A stretch of 55,983 bases of DNA, the filler included, from Stramenopiles sp. TOSAG23-6 (lineage: Eukaryota): the NCBI GenBank assembly GCA_900128565.1. It is 4 parts of 4 records of this genome, joined end to end, with 100 filler letters (N's around TTAATTAATTAA, not from the genome) between each part and the next. Parts side by side here need not be neighbours in the genome. Positions count along the whole stretch, not along the records: positions 14,062 to 28,015 come from LT636153.1; positions 28,116 to 42,004 come from LT636154.1; 2 more parts are not named here. One strand, given 5' to 3'. Positions 23,901 through 35,356 of this stretch are shown in pieces. The position numbers and the translations under genes were made by a program. Every line of letters starts with the position of its first letter. Position 1 is the stretch's first letter. Below the pieces are notes generated by a model. That model was not told the DNA's origin and searched no databases. It was given only the letters and a program-made list of their open reading frames with translations.

Positions 23901-26900
23901 TAGAGAGTGATCGTAATGAAAAACTGCGACGTGCAAAACTTGTATGTAACTCACAAAAGGTTGAACTAATTGAACCTCTGGAAATAGATGAAGATGCCGA
24001 AGCTAAAAGGAATAAAGAACTCGATGAAATGGAAGACAAAAAACGTAAAAAAAAAGAAGATGAGGAAAAGAAGAGAGCTCTTGGGCGAGCTGCAGCACTA
24101 TTTGCAGTAAAAGCTAGCAAAGACAGAGAGAGGGCAAAAACCGCTGCGAAAATCAAAGAAGCAGAAGACAATAGACTAGCACAACGACATGAGTTAGAGA
24201 AAACTCCGACTGGTGTTTTACAGTTACTTCAAGATGATTTAAATGTTGTTAGAGAAATAATTTTAGATGTTTCAAAACGTGATGCACAGTATAATAGCGA
24301 ATTACTGNTTTTATCTACACCGGCTAAAAAGAAAGAAGCAGAGATTACGTATAGGAAATATAAGTCAGACAAAGTAGACGTATTAAAGAAAAAACTTCTT
24401 GAAATGGGGATATTCCAATCAGTTAACAATGCCGCCAAAAGAGCAGCAAAAGATATTGAATGTCTAAATAGATTAAACACTGGGTCTAGACGAGCAGGAT
24501 CCAAAGATGATACTCAAATAAGCTCAACGAGTGTCGATCAATTAAGTTTGAAGGATTCAAAAATAAGCCAAGAAAAAAATGAACAAAATAAGGATGATTT
24601 AGATAACGCATTTCATTTGTTTTCTGATATACAGGAGTATTTATATGGGAAAGCAAGCAGGCAATCAAATAAACGCAAATTGGCAGCAACAGCAATACAA
24701 AAAATTGTTCGTGGTTTTATGTTTCGTGTCAAAGACCACAGAAATGCATTATCTACGGCAATTAAAAGTTTGCGTAAAAGCCAATACTCAAAAGCAGTCA
24801 TTATGCCACTACGTATTGAGTTACTTANGTTGAACAAAACAACGCCTGTTGNATGGAAATATATGGACCCATGGGTAACATCAAAAGAAGGAGGAAGTGA
24901 TGTTGTGGACTTTGCTGCTTTTATAAGAGGTCTAAAACTATGTGGGGTAATTGCCACAAAAAATCAGTTCAGACGACTGTGGCTCGCACTCGACCCTACG
25001 ATGGATATTTCTGGAATAGAGCTACTTTCTTGGGACAATTTTCGACGGCATATAAATCTTGGTATATTTGATCGATATGCAGACAGCAATGAGACTATAT
25101 TTCCAAAAATTCAACAGAAGAGAATGATGCGACATCTACGCCGATGTCTTATTCTGGACAGACCNGACTTGCAGATAGATTACGGCCATTATCTAATGAA
25201 ATCTTCGATTTCACGTGAGAATTTTGAGCGTGATATCCAAAAGGTATTCGAAGCAAGTTTATATATAGCAAGTACATCTGATAGTAATAATAGAAGATCA
25301 TATACACCCTTAACAACGGATAAAAGTATTCGATCACTGAAATTAGGACACGCAAAACATTCTTCATTCAAACGACATATGAATGATAATTTTGGCTCTA
25401 CTAGTAGCTGTGGTGAAGAATCTGAAAGAACCCTCAGCGATGGTGGCTACAATANCAGTGGAGATGAAAACAAATTCAATAGTGATTGTGGTTATACCAG
25501 TAGCGGAGGAGATGAAAACAAAAGTAATTCAGGATACTCTATTNGAAGTATTAGAAGTCATGTAAACATAGGGAGTTTAAAATACAGAAAGAAGAAAGGA
25601 AACCGACATCAGAAGATGGAAACATTTGCAATTCGAGGAGATGTTGCCCTTTGTGACTCATCGATCAGACTTCCAACTGCACTTACAGAAGAAGGAGTGG
25701 AAGAAATGCCAGAATTTCCTGGTGCGTTTCACAGACAAAAGAGAGTAAAAATAGCCATGCTGGAAGGTCAAGTTTACGCTGTAAAACACCTACTGCAAGA
25801 TCGAACAGGATGCGCAGCAGGAGGAACTGAGATGATTTTAGATCGTTTTAGTGGAACAAAACCTGTTCATGTTGCAGCATCTAAAGGACACATTGATGTT
25901 TTGGATGTTCTTGTCAACCAACTTCATGCGAAATTAACATCCCCTGATACATCTGGACGACAGACTATCCATTATGCTGCAGAAAATGGCCATTTAGAAA
26001 CTATTCGCTGGCTTGTCGATGCTGGAGTCGCCGTTGATGCATCTGATTATAATGGTCAAACTGGATTACATATTGCAGCATTGAACGGTCATTTCCATAT
26101 TGTCTACTGGTTAATCAGCCATAGACAAAGCGAATCAGGTATATTATGGGTTAAATATTTATGGCAGACAGATTTCAATCGATGGACAATTCTTCATTTT
26201 GCTGCTTTTGGAGGTCACAAAACTGTAGCTTTATTGTTGTTCGGTTTACCCGACTATGCACAGGTTCATTCATTAATGTTTTCGACGAATAATGACGATA
26301 AAAATTGTGCAGAGGTTGCGTTGGAATACGGGCATAATGATTTTGCACAAATGTGTATAAATGTTTCAAAGATGTGGGAACGCGGAGGTCAATTTACTGA
26401 TACTATAGAACTTAATTTTTCAGAGAAAGATTTGAATAATTTAAAATTAAAGAACGATCCACGTTTTCTAGAAGATGACACAGATAAAAGCAGTGAACTT
26501 ATCAGTACCCCGTGTAATGATTTACGAATACAAAATAGTAGTGGATCACAGACATCAAGAAGTCTTATCGAGGTGTATAATAAAAAAGAACCAAATTCAA
26601 AAGACATCAAATCAAATATTACTCATAGTAGACAAAATACACCNAGTGGTATTACACACAAGGTAAAATCTTTTCATAGTAATATTTCTAGACCAAGCAC
26701 TTCATACAGTGATTTGTATATATTAGATGATGATCAACAGAGTAGACCAAATACAACATACACTGATTTGTTCAGTTCTGATTGCAGTTCTGATGATGAT
26801 GAAATCTTGACAGTAAATAAATATNCAGCTTTGGATAGTACCGAAAAATTTCAACAACGACCGGACACATCTCGTAAAAGTATATTACCAATTAATACAC

Positions 26901-27388
26901 ACAAACAAGTAATTGAAAATACGAAAAATCAACTTTCAAAAAATTATAGAAATTCCAAATCGAAAGAAGCACACACAATACTTCCTCTTTTGAAAGCTTC
27001 TGACTCCCTGACTCGCGAGAAGAAGTTTCACAGATCTTTTATCTATAATAATTCAAAAGGGAAACCCAAGAGTAAAACAAAAAAGAGAAATAATAATCGA
27101 AGTACGAAATTTGGTACAGATTCAATTTCGACTCCTCCTTATATTCAAAAAGCGTCTGCTAGTTTAAGCCCCAAGCATCGATTATCCACAAGTTTGAGTC
27201 CTAAACGAAGGAGAATGCACAAAAAAGATCCTTTAACGTCAAGTTTAAGTCCTAGGAGAAAACCAAGAAAACTAAAAAAGAAAAATATGGATTGGTTTGA
27301 TCAGAAAGAAAAAGAGAGTGAAAGCATAGATTCAATCCCTGTCGCTGCGAAACTTCGGGTTGCAAGGCTTCTAAAACGCAACACTTGA
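17907..27388 (+). CDS. Giant (~3100 aa) coiled-coil protein with IQ motifs and ankyrin repeats; exons 17907-18747, 18842-18978, 19067-27388
   Basis: IQSLYRAR, IQKYFRGWRGR, IQKIVRGF; ankyrin HVAASKGH, HYAAENGH, HIAALNGH, HFAAFGGH. The exons join in frame through two AT-ended introns. Confidence 0.85.
18748..18841 (+). other. Non-canonical intron GT...CAT
   Basis: aat a|gtacgttttcat...tacgaaattccatacctaac...caatacat|tt gat. Confidence 0.82.
18979..19066 (+). other. Non-canonical intron GC...CAT
   Basis: aaa|gcacgttttcat...tacgaaattttgtacctaac...caatacat|gct is in frame with the 2771-aa ORF. Confidence 0.82.
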
Positions 27389-27413
27389 ATTACAATTAAA
27401 TTAAAATTTTATG

Positions 27414-28015
27414 TCAGATATTAACTTTAATTTCATCTTCAATTTTCTGTTCTGTCTCTCTATTTTTAATTTCATCTTCAATTTTCTGTTCTGTCTCTCT
27501 ATTTTTAATTTCCTGTGCTCTATCTTTAATTTCTTGTGCTCTATCACGGAGATCTCTTTTAGTTAAGCAATCAGCAGTCGTCTGACCGTGAGTTTCAATA
27601 AAGCGTTTTAAATCACGAATACCAGCAGTGCAAATATCAAGTTTAGTATCAATATTAACATCTGAATTTTCACTTTGATCATTAATCTTTGTTTCTTTAT
27701 GAAAACGTCGTTTTTTTGACCTCTCCGCCGCTCGACGTACTGAGTTTCGTTCCTGTTTTGTAAATGTATTCAATTCTGGACAATTCGTTTCGAGCTCATC
27801 AATATATTCGATAATAAAAGATCCATTTTTGTATGAATATATATCATTTTTATAACTAGAGTATCTTGACAGTTTTATCCTTGGTGGGTTATTTTCATCG
27901 GAAAATGCACTTAGTTTACTAAATAAGGTCCTTCCAAGTTTCAGGTCAAGTATCAATGAGGTAGTTGGAGTCTCGGGTCGCTTTCTTTCCCTCCTGGGGC
28001 TACCTACACTTACCT
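27414..28015 (-). CDS. Hypothetical protein, 5'-truncated, with C-terminal 39-nt tandem repeat
   Basis: Open frame extends towards the contig end; IKNRETEQKIEDE-type unit occurs twice. Confidence 0.55.
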
Positions 28016-28115
28016 NNNNNNNNNNNNNNNNNNNNNNNNNNNNNNNNNNNNNNNNNNNNTTAATTAATTAANNNNNNNNNNNNNNNNNNNNNNNNNNNNN
28101 NNNNNNNNNNNNNNN
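28016..28115. other. Artificial contig spacer
   Basis: N-run, TTAATTAATTAA, N-run. Confidence 0.97.
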
Positions 28116-28170
28116 CGTACGAAATTTTATACCTAACGATTTTTTTTTGAAATATTTTTCCAAAATACAT

Positions 28171-28728
28171 GAATTCCAAACTGGAATGTCCAAGTTAGGA
28201 GTAAAACTTTCACCTGAGGATGCACTTAAAGAATTTCAAACTATGGATTTGAATGGTGGGGGTCAAATACTGTTTGATGAATTTTGTGTATATTATGGTC
28301 GATTGGCATCAGGTAAGAGACCAAAATCAAAATACAAAATGAATGGAAATAAAAATGGACCAAATGTTCCAAACCTTGGTTTAGTTTTATTGAGTAGGAG
28401 AAGTAAAGCAGAACGACCTAAAACAAGTATGGAAGCAGCAACAGCCGCAGCAAACAGACGTAGTGCTAGGTTAAATGGACGGAAGACATCATCCAGACCT
28501 CAAACAGGGTATCAAAGATATGGTACAAAGAAGAAAAACGTAGCATCTAAGAATCGACCGTATCAACGTAGACTTCGACCTAATCATCACAGATTATATA
28601 CGCAAAAGTTAAGGAATATTCGGGCTTCTGACAGACATACAAAAATTCGACGTTACGGAAAGTCAGGTAAGGAGCTTATTGACTATCATGGCCCATTGAT
28701 TGTAACTATAAGTGCCGCAGCAAGGTAA
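28171..28728 (+). CDS. Last exon of an EF-hand protein
   Basis: Follows a partial intron ending aaaatacat at 28170; EF-hand loop DLNGGGQILFDE. Confidence 0.75.
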   Translation, partial: EFQTGMSKLGVKLSPEDALKEFQTMDLNGGGQILFDEFCVYYGRLASGKRPKSKYKMNGNKNGPNVPNLGLVLLSRRSKAERPKTSMEAATAAANRRSARLNGRKTSSRPQTGYQRYGTKKKNVASKNRPYQRRLRPNHHRLYTQKLRNIRASDRHTKIRRYGKSGKELIDYHGPLIVTISAAAR

Positions 28729-29285
28729 TGAAGTATTGGATGTATGCATTGTTTTTACACGAAAACTCACAAATTGATTTAACAAATAAATTGGTAACTC
28801 TTTCAAAACAATACTTTTTTTACATACTTTGCTTCTTAGCAATACTTTAATATGCCTTTTCGAATTAGCTTTATATATATATATATATATATATAATAAG
28901 CATGTAGGAGTTGTATCATATACTATGCTTGTGTCGTCAATAGACCATCGAAACCTGAAGAGGCATGAAAGATTAAGAAAAATATTTCAAAAACTTTGAA
29001 ATAATGTTTTGTTAGGTACAAAATTTCGTATGAAAAAAAAAAGGNGTAAAGAAGAAAAAAGTTTATTATTCATAAAACTCTTCTACATTTTTTAAAATGA
29101 AAAAATCAAACACAGATCACTCATACACTACACACTTATAACTACATGTATACACACACTCACTCATAACGACATTTATACACTATACTCACAGACACTC
29201 ACAGAAGAACTTCATTAGGGTTAGGGTTAGTAGGGGGATTGAATACTCCTCTACACACTCAAACACTTATAGAATGAATTTCTTA

Positions 29286-30173
29286 TTATTTACAGCAATC
29301 ATCGGTACACTTTGGAAATGGACGACTTGCCAAATCAACTTTTAATAGAAGTCGATTCATCACTGGTTCGCCGTTGCTATCCCTTTCCACATTAGGGGAT
29401 TTATGTGTTAGACCCTTGTGATCATGAACACCAGTGATACCAGGCCAATTGTTTCCTTTCATAAGAAGAATTGAATTAGTCGGAGTCTGGTGAACTTTTT
29501 CGAAACATGGAATAATCAAGGGATCACTTACATTGGATGGTTCCATCATTGTCTTTTTGAACTGGTCGTATGCCACAGAATCATCATCTGCACACCAAGT
29601 TCCGGGTCCAGAATACGTAACTATCATCCGACCAACGTAATTATCTTGGTGCCATCGAGAACAACCATACTTACCTATGACCTCCATAGACATTCGAAGA
29701 AAAGGAGCAGTAGGGCATAATTCTCTTAGAATTTTAGCCATGAAATATGCATCTTCTTTCAGCACATCACGAATCGTAGCGGGAAGAGAAGCAACGACTT
29801 TTGAAGCTACCTGTTCGATGTCTTTTTTCTTAGCAGAGCGCAAGGAGACACTCGAATACTGTCCAAAGCCTTCACTTGATTGGTCAACTAGCCACGATGA
29901 AATTGATGATTCCAAGGCGTGTGGTCCTCGAGGTAAATATACACCTTTTACGGCAGGNACTTTTGCAGCATCCATAAGAAGAGAGGCGGTAGTGACAGAC
30001 TTTACAATTCCATTTTTGTTGGTGGTAGTGTTTGCATCAGAGAGAGGAACACGTAAGCTTTTATCAAGCGCAGCTGATAAAGATGTATCAGAGTCCTCAG
30101 ACGTGGCTCTTACATTTGGTCGAGTGACTTTCGTAATTGCGTCACTGATTAACGCAGGCGAGAATAAAGGCAT
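29286..30173 (-). CDS. DUF1826-family protein
   Basis: CSRWHQD, RMIVTYSGPGT, LLMKG..W, GLTHKSP, RLLLKVD motifs. Confidence 0.8.
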   Translation of the reverse strand: MPLFSPALISDAITKVTRPNVRATSEDSDTSLSAALDKSLRVPLSDANTTTNKNGIVKSVTTASLLMDAAKXPAVKGVYLPRGPHALESSISSWLVDQSSEGFGQYSSVSLRSAKKKDIEQVASKVVASLPATIRDVLKEDAYFMAKILRELCPTAPFLRMSMEVIGKYGCSRWHQDNYVGRMIVTYSGPGTWCADDDSVAYDQFKKTMMEPSNVSDPLIIPCFEKVHQTPTNSILLMKGNNWPGITGVHDHKGLTHKSPNVERDSNGEPVMNRLLLKVDLASRPFPKCTDDCCK

Positions 30174-30276
30174 TGTTGAAAAAAACACTAAATTACGAGG
30201 TAATGCAAGGCAAGGAAGGAGTGAAGAAAAATAATACGATTCGAGGTACCATACAAAAGCCGCAGATCAAGGCCAC

Positions 30277-31233
30277 ATGAACGCACACTATTTACGTGGT
30301 GTATCTTATTTGCAAGGTGATTTAGACATTAAAAGTTATAAAAATGCTGTAAAATGGTTTACAAAAGCTGCAAATCAAGGCCACGTGAACGCACAGTATA
30401 ATCTTGGTGTATTTCATGAGGAGGGTAATGGCGTCATGAAATGTTATAAAACTGCTGCTGAATGGTATACAAAAGCTGCAAATCGAGGCTACATGTATGC
30501 ACAGTATAATATGGGTGCATGTTATTATAATGGTAAGGGTGTCACAAAATGTTATAAAACTTCTGTAAAATGGTATACAAAAGCTGCAAATCAAGGCTGC
30601 ATGAAAGCACAGTATAATCTTGGTAACAGTTATTCGTATGGTAGAGGCGTCACAAAATGTGATAAAACTGCTGCTGAATGGTTTACAAAAGCTGCAAATC
30701 AAGGCCACATGAAAGCACAGCATAATCTTGGTGTATTTTATGCAAGTGGTGATGGTGTCACTAAATGTTATGAAACTGCTGCTAAATGGTTGGAAATGTC
30801 TGCGGAACAAGGCTGTGTAGAAGCACAGTTTAAAATTGGTGGGTGCTATGCTAATGGTCATGGTGTCACTAAATGTTATGAAACTGCTGTTGAATGGTGG
30901 AACAAGTCTGCAAATGAAGGATATAAGCAATCACAAGCCGCTCTTAGTATGTGTTATATGCAAGGTATTGGTGTTACTAAATGTTTGAAAACTGCATCAA
31001 ACTGGAACAGAAAAGCAGAAAAGCAGATGAAAGACACAGATGATGATGAGTTAAGAGAACTCATAATGAATCAGAGTAAATCAAAATGTTTTACTTGCGG
31101 TTTAGATGGTAAAAACACCAAAATGCTTCTTTGTAGTCAGTGTAAGGCTGTGTCATATTGTTCAAAGAAGTGTCAGAAACTTCATTGGAAGAGTTTACAT
31201 AAATACGAGTGTTCGAAGAAGACAACAAATTGA
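30277..31233 (+). CDS. Sel1-repeat protein with C-terminal MYND zinc finger
   Basis: About six 36-aa WYTKAANQG..AQYNLG repeats; CFTC..CSQCKAVSYCSKKCQKLHWKSLHKYEC. Confidence 0.9.
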   Translation: MNAHYLRGVSYLQGDLDIKSYKNAVKWFTKAANQGHVNAQYNLGVFHEEGNGVMKCYKTAAEWYTKAANRGYMYAQYNMGACYYNGKGVTKCYKTSVKWYTKAANQGCMKAQYNLGNSYSYGRGVTKCDKTAAEWFTKAANQGHMKAQHNLGVFYASGDGVTKCYETAAKWLEMSAEQGCVEAQFKIGGCYANGHGVTKCYETAVEWWNKSANEGYKQSQAALSMCYMQGIGVTKCLKTASNWNRKAEKQMKDTDDDELRELIMNQSKSKCFTCGLDGKNTKMLLCSQCKAVSYCSKKCQKLHWKSLHKYECSKKTTN

Positions 31234-31607
31234 AATATTTGTCTCATATTTTTAATTTTTTGAATAAAAAATATCGTACAAAAAATGAAATATTTATTTT
31301 TTAGTATATACACTCTTTATTGAAATTCAAAAATACAAATATGAATTTTATACATTTGTTTTTCTTTACAAAATCGTAGTAGAATGACTTGATTTCTCTC
31401 AGTACTGCCGTACGAATACTTTTGTTGATAAATTGAAAGATTTGGAATTATAAAATTATTTTCGTAGTAATTTATTGAAGAATAAATTACGTTACCCGGT
31501 ACCTTCATTTTTTTTTGTAACGGTAAATTCACCTTGTCAATGTCAAAACACGCTTTAGATATTGTATGCATTGCTTCTACACATTGTACTAGATTGTGGA
31601 CATTTCC

Positions 31608-33089
31608 ATGGATCCTGTTTTAGAAGATGATACTGCTAAAGCAACAGCTCCTCGGCCTAGTTCCCGGAGTGGTCCTTTAAGTGAACGATCTACTCCGAGA
31701 CCTGACACTGCCGCCTCTGAAGTTTCTGTCTTGACTGCGATAACAGAGCTGTCAGAGATTACAGAAGATAACGACTCACGTCCAGGGACAGCAATGACAG
31801 TATTGAATGCATTTACGAGGCGGCCAGAACTTGAACTTATGAGTATGGCAAAAGGCATAGTGCCTCTAGCAAAAACATACGGCATCAAGACAGCTGGGGA
31901 ATCAAAAGGAAACCTAATTGATGCCATATTAAAATACGAACAGCGTAGAGATGATAAGTACAAGAAGAATAAAATGCGAGATGAAAAAGATGAACGTTTA
32001 GCTCGAAAAGAAAGAGACCTTGCAGAAGAGCACAGAACACGAGAAGCGGGTAGGAATAAAAAAACGGGATATTCAAAACCAGTTCAAGATAGAATAGATA
32101 AACGAATGAAAATGGCAAGACACACACGATCCTTAGACCTGACAAATCCAAAACACTCAAAAAATATGGGTTCTGCTGAACTTTGTATCGATCTGACGAA
32201 AATACCTGATGCTTGTTTTAAAGTATTTGGTTCAGAGCCTCACGAAATGCGTCCTGAATGGTATCATGAGGGTTTGCTCGATTTATGGCTCACAAACAAC
32301 TTAATTTCTACATTGGAAAATATCCAGAAATTGCAAAGTTTGCGTACTTTAGGTTTAGGTAATAACAAGTTACAGGAATTTCCTGTGGAATTGACGACAC
32401 TATCATGGTTAGAAAATCTATATCTTGAAAAAAATGAAATCGAATCTGTACCAAAAGAAATAATAAATTTTAAACGGTTACACACACTCGATCTTGATGA
32501 CAATAAGTTTACGTCAATTCCGGAAGCTATTACAAATATTCGAAGTTTACAGCGACTTAGTATGAGTCATAATCAAATAAGTGTGATTCCACCAGAAATA
32601 AGACGTTTAAGAAATTTAATTGAACTTAATCTAGATAATAATATGATCGGCCCAGCTTTACCGGGTAATATGTGGCGTCTCGCAGGTTCTTTGAGGATTC
32701 TTGGATTGGAAAACAATCGTTTAGACAATAATAAATTCTTTGAAAACAACGTTATTCAAAGATTAACAGCATTAACAATACTAAGGATTGGTGGTAATCG
32801 AGGCGCACAATATACAGTTATACACCCCCTCACCGGAATTGTGGTACCGGGTAAAACTGTTCCATGGAGGCTTGTGGATGGACTATGGAAGACAAGAGAA
32901 GGTATATATAAAGTTGATGAGGATGGTGCACCAGTGTATATAGAAGAAGATCTCCCAGGATACTTACATGCGAGTGTTGATTATAACATTAAGAATGGTC
33001 AATGGTACCAAGAACAGGAAGCACATGAGGATGGAATCTATAGTATGCTGAAATGCCGAGCTCGTCATTCAAAAAAAAAGAAAAGATAA
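31608..33089 (+). CDS. Leucine-rich repeat protein
   Basis: Multiple LxxLxLxxN repeats (LRTLGLGNN, LENLYLEKN, LHTLDLDDN, LQRLSMSHN). Confidence 0.88.
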   Translation: MDPVLEDDTAKATAPRPSSRSGPLSERSTPRPDTAASEVSVLTAITELSEITEDNDSRPGTAMTVLNAFTRRPELELMSMAKGIVPLAKTYGIKTAGESKGNLIDAILKYEQRRDDKYKKNKMRDEKDERLARKERDLAEEHRTREAGRNKKTGYSKPVQDRIDKRMKMARHTRSLDLTNPKHSKNMGSAELCIDLTKIPDACFKVFGSEPHEMRPEWYHEGLLDLWLTNNLISTLENIQKLQSLRTLGLGNNKLQEFPVELTTLSWLENLYLEKNEIESVPKEIINFKRLHTLDLDDNKFTSIPEAITNIRSLQRLSMSHNQISVIPPEIRRLRNLIELNLDNNMIGPALPGNMWRLAGSLRILGLENNRLDNNKFFENNVIQRLTALTILRIGGNRGAQYTVIHPLTGIVVPGKTVPWRLVDGLWKTREGIYKVDEDGAPVYIEEDLPGYLHASVDYNIKNGQWYQEQEAHEDGIYSMLKCRARHSKKKKR

Positions 33090-33236
33090 TTGTTTAAGAA
33101 TATGATGGATAAAAGGCTTCATCAAAACATAAATAAAAAATAATTTTAATCTTGATATGAAATTAAATTATACCACTCGAGAAACCAATGTGATAGATCT
33201 TGAAGACAAATACTGATAGTTAACCTTTTAATTCAT

Positions 33237-35036
33237 CTACGTTTTCGTCTCTATTTTCTTAGTTACTTTCTGATCTTCTGGTTCTGGTTCTTCTTTCCGT
33301 CGTTCACGTTTAACTCTCTTTTTTCTCTTTTTTCTTGATTTCTTTTCTTTTTCATTCTCACTAACAACTTCGTCGCTTTCTTGTTGCTTCTTATTGTTCG
33401 TAGGGTACTCGTTATTAGTGGTAAATTTATCTGGTGACGATGTCTTTCTTCCAGTGTCATTTTCAGATGTCGCACCTCTTCCTTTGCGTTGTCTAGCACT
33501 ACTATTCCCATAACTTTCTCGTCTTGGTTGCATCTCGCGTTTCTCTATCAAATCAGCATCTTCTTCATCTTTTAAATGATGAATCACATCAATCAATTCA
33601 TTCGAAAAATTAGATAATAAATCAACTCGTAATGAAATACGATCTACACAAGCCTTAACTTTTGTAAGTGGATCATTTGGATCATAATCTCCTTCATCTG
33701 TTTCATTTGCATCAGGTGTATTTAACATTTGTGAAGTTCGAGCATGGAAAGGAAAACCACGGTTACATTTTGTGGAGGGGTTATATAAACTTGCTAATAC
33801 TCCAAGAGCAATAGTTTGGTTCAAATTTAACGTTATATAGAGAAATGAAGATCGTTTGTATTCATCCAACCCAAGTGCAAATAAAACTGCAACACATGGC
33901 CAAAGAACCCATATAACACTTGCAACTGCAAACTTTTGGTAGAAACGTCGTTTGGATTTATAGTTTTTCATGGTGGTGAATAAAGCATACATTAGCCAAA
34001 AACTGGCAACACCTCTCGTGACAATAGTCATAACCCCCGGCACAGTTTCAAAATATGTGATTGCTGTTCCTTCACCATAACCTACATTGAACCAAATCAT
34101 CGCTGTCATTACTGTCATAAAGTAAAAACTTATCAGAATACTGATTTTCATACGACCTTGTGAACTGATTTTCCTTCTTACAATAGACCAACCTTTGCCT
34201 AATAATATAACTAATAGAAGGTAAGAAGAATCTGACATCCAAAATAATGTACTGCCTATAATGCGGAATGTAGGATATGTTGTCCCAGATCCAGCGTATA
34301 TAGCAAAGTAAATGAGAGTACTAACACAACTCAACCAATATACAAGAATACTAAAAAAGAGTAATTTTGCAGTATGGTGGAATTTGTCCATTTTTAGGAG
34401 AGTATGAACAACATACCAATACACACCCAGAATAGCATTGAGAGCAAAAAACAGTATGATTACGACTGTAAATGTGGCAGAATCTTCAGCGGATAATGCT
34501 GGAAATATAGATGACATATTTTTCATCTCGAAGTCATAGAGAATATCTGTGAGAGGTCCGTCGCATAAATGGCCTTTTTCCGTCGACGCACATGTGACTT
34601 TGTTGAAGTTCAATAAAGTAATAAATACCCAACCTGTCTTTGCTGCAGATCCACACCTTATTCGACCTGTATATGTTGTATAACCAGCCTGATCTGAACT
34701 CCAGTCTTCAACGGAGTACACTGCGTTTGGTGAGAAATCAACATAGCATGAACCGAGATTATATTTCTCACTACAGGTTGTTTCAGTTCCTTGTATCTCC
34801 ATCCAATTAGTAAAATATTGAGGATAATAAAGCGCAAGTTTTAATTCGTTCAATTTAGTCGGCGCTTTAACCTTAAAATGCATGTACTGTCCATCAGCAG
34901 TATCAGAGTCAAATGCGAAACGACCTACGAAACCAAAACAGGAAGATTGTTTGAACTCTCCACTAAATTTTCGCGCTTTTATATCACTAAAGAAAGTACA
35001 TAAAAGGAATAAAATGAAACTAAAACCAGCATTCAT
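33237..35036 (-). CDS. TMEM145/GPR180-like 7TM protein
   Basis: Signal peptide, FVGRFAF luminal domain, about seven hydrophobic helices, LLGKGWSIVRRKIS. Confidence 0.78.
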   Translation of the reverse strand: MNAGFSFILFLLCTFFSDIKARKFSGEFKQSSCFGFVGRFAFDSDTADGQYMHFKVKAPTKLNELKLALYYPQYFTNWMEIQGTETTCSEKYNLGSCYVDFSPNAVYSVEDWSSDQAGYTTYTGRIRCGSAAKTGWVFITLLNFNKVTCASTEKGHLCDGPLTDILYDFEMKNMSSIFPALSAEDSATFTVVIILFFALNAILGVYWYVVHTLLKMDKFHHTAKLLFFSILVYWLSCVSTLIYFAIYAGSGTTYPTFRIIGSTLFWMSDSSYLLLVILLGKGWSIVRRKISSQGRMKISILISFYFMTVMTAMIWFNVGYGEGTAITYFETVPGVMTIVTRGVASFWLMYALFTTMKNYKSKRRFYQKFAVASVIWVLWPCVAVLFALGLDEYKRSSFLYITLNLNQTIALGVLASLYNPSTKCNRGFPFHARTSQMLNTPDANETDEGDYDPNDPLTKVKACVDRISLRVDLLSNFSNELIDVIHHLKDEEDADLIEKREMQPRRESYGNSSARQRKGRGATSENDTGRKTSSPDKFTTNNEYPTNNKKQQESDEVVSENEKEKKSRKKRKKRVKRERRKEEPEPEDQKVTKKIETKT

Positions 35037-35356
35037 ATTATTAGGAATCTCTTCCCTTTATTTCAAGAATTCTAGATAGGAATGAATTCTTCTTGGTGTG
35101 GAAAAGAGATAATAATATGATAATAACTATGTACTATTACAGTTTTAGTTAGTTGTTGGTACACAGGTGTAGATAGAAGTTTTTTTTTTCGGTTAAATAA
35201 ATTGAATGGAACAAACCTGCCCAAAATGGAAACATCTTTTTTCGCTGGCTCTCTTGTCTCTTCAGCTCTCTTCGTGCTGTTGTTCTTCCTTCTCGTCTGC
35301 CCGCGGTGTTCTCGTGTTTCTTTTTCTGTGCATCCAACAACTCTTAGACCTTGAAG

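Noticed and set aside
19067-27388. Alternative genetic code or stop readthrough to explain broken ORFs
   Set aside because: Long genes translate cleanly in the standard code and end in TAA, TAG or TGA. Interruptions are explained by introns.
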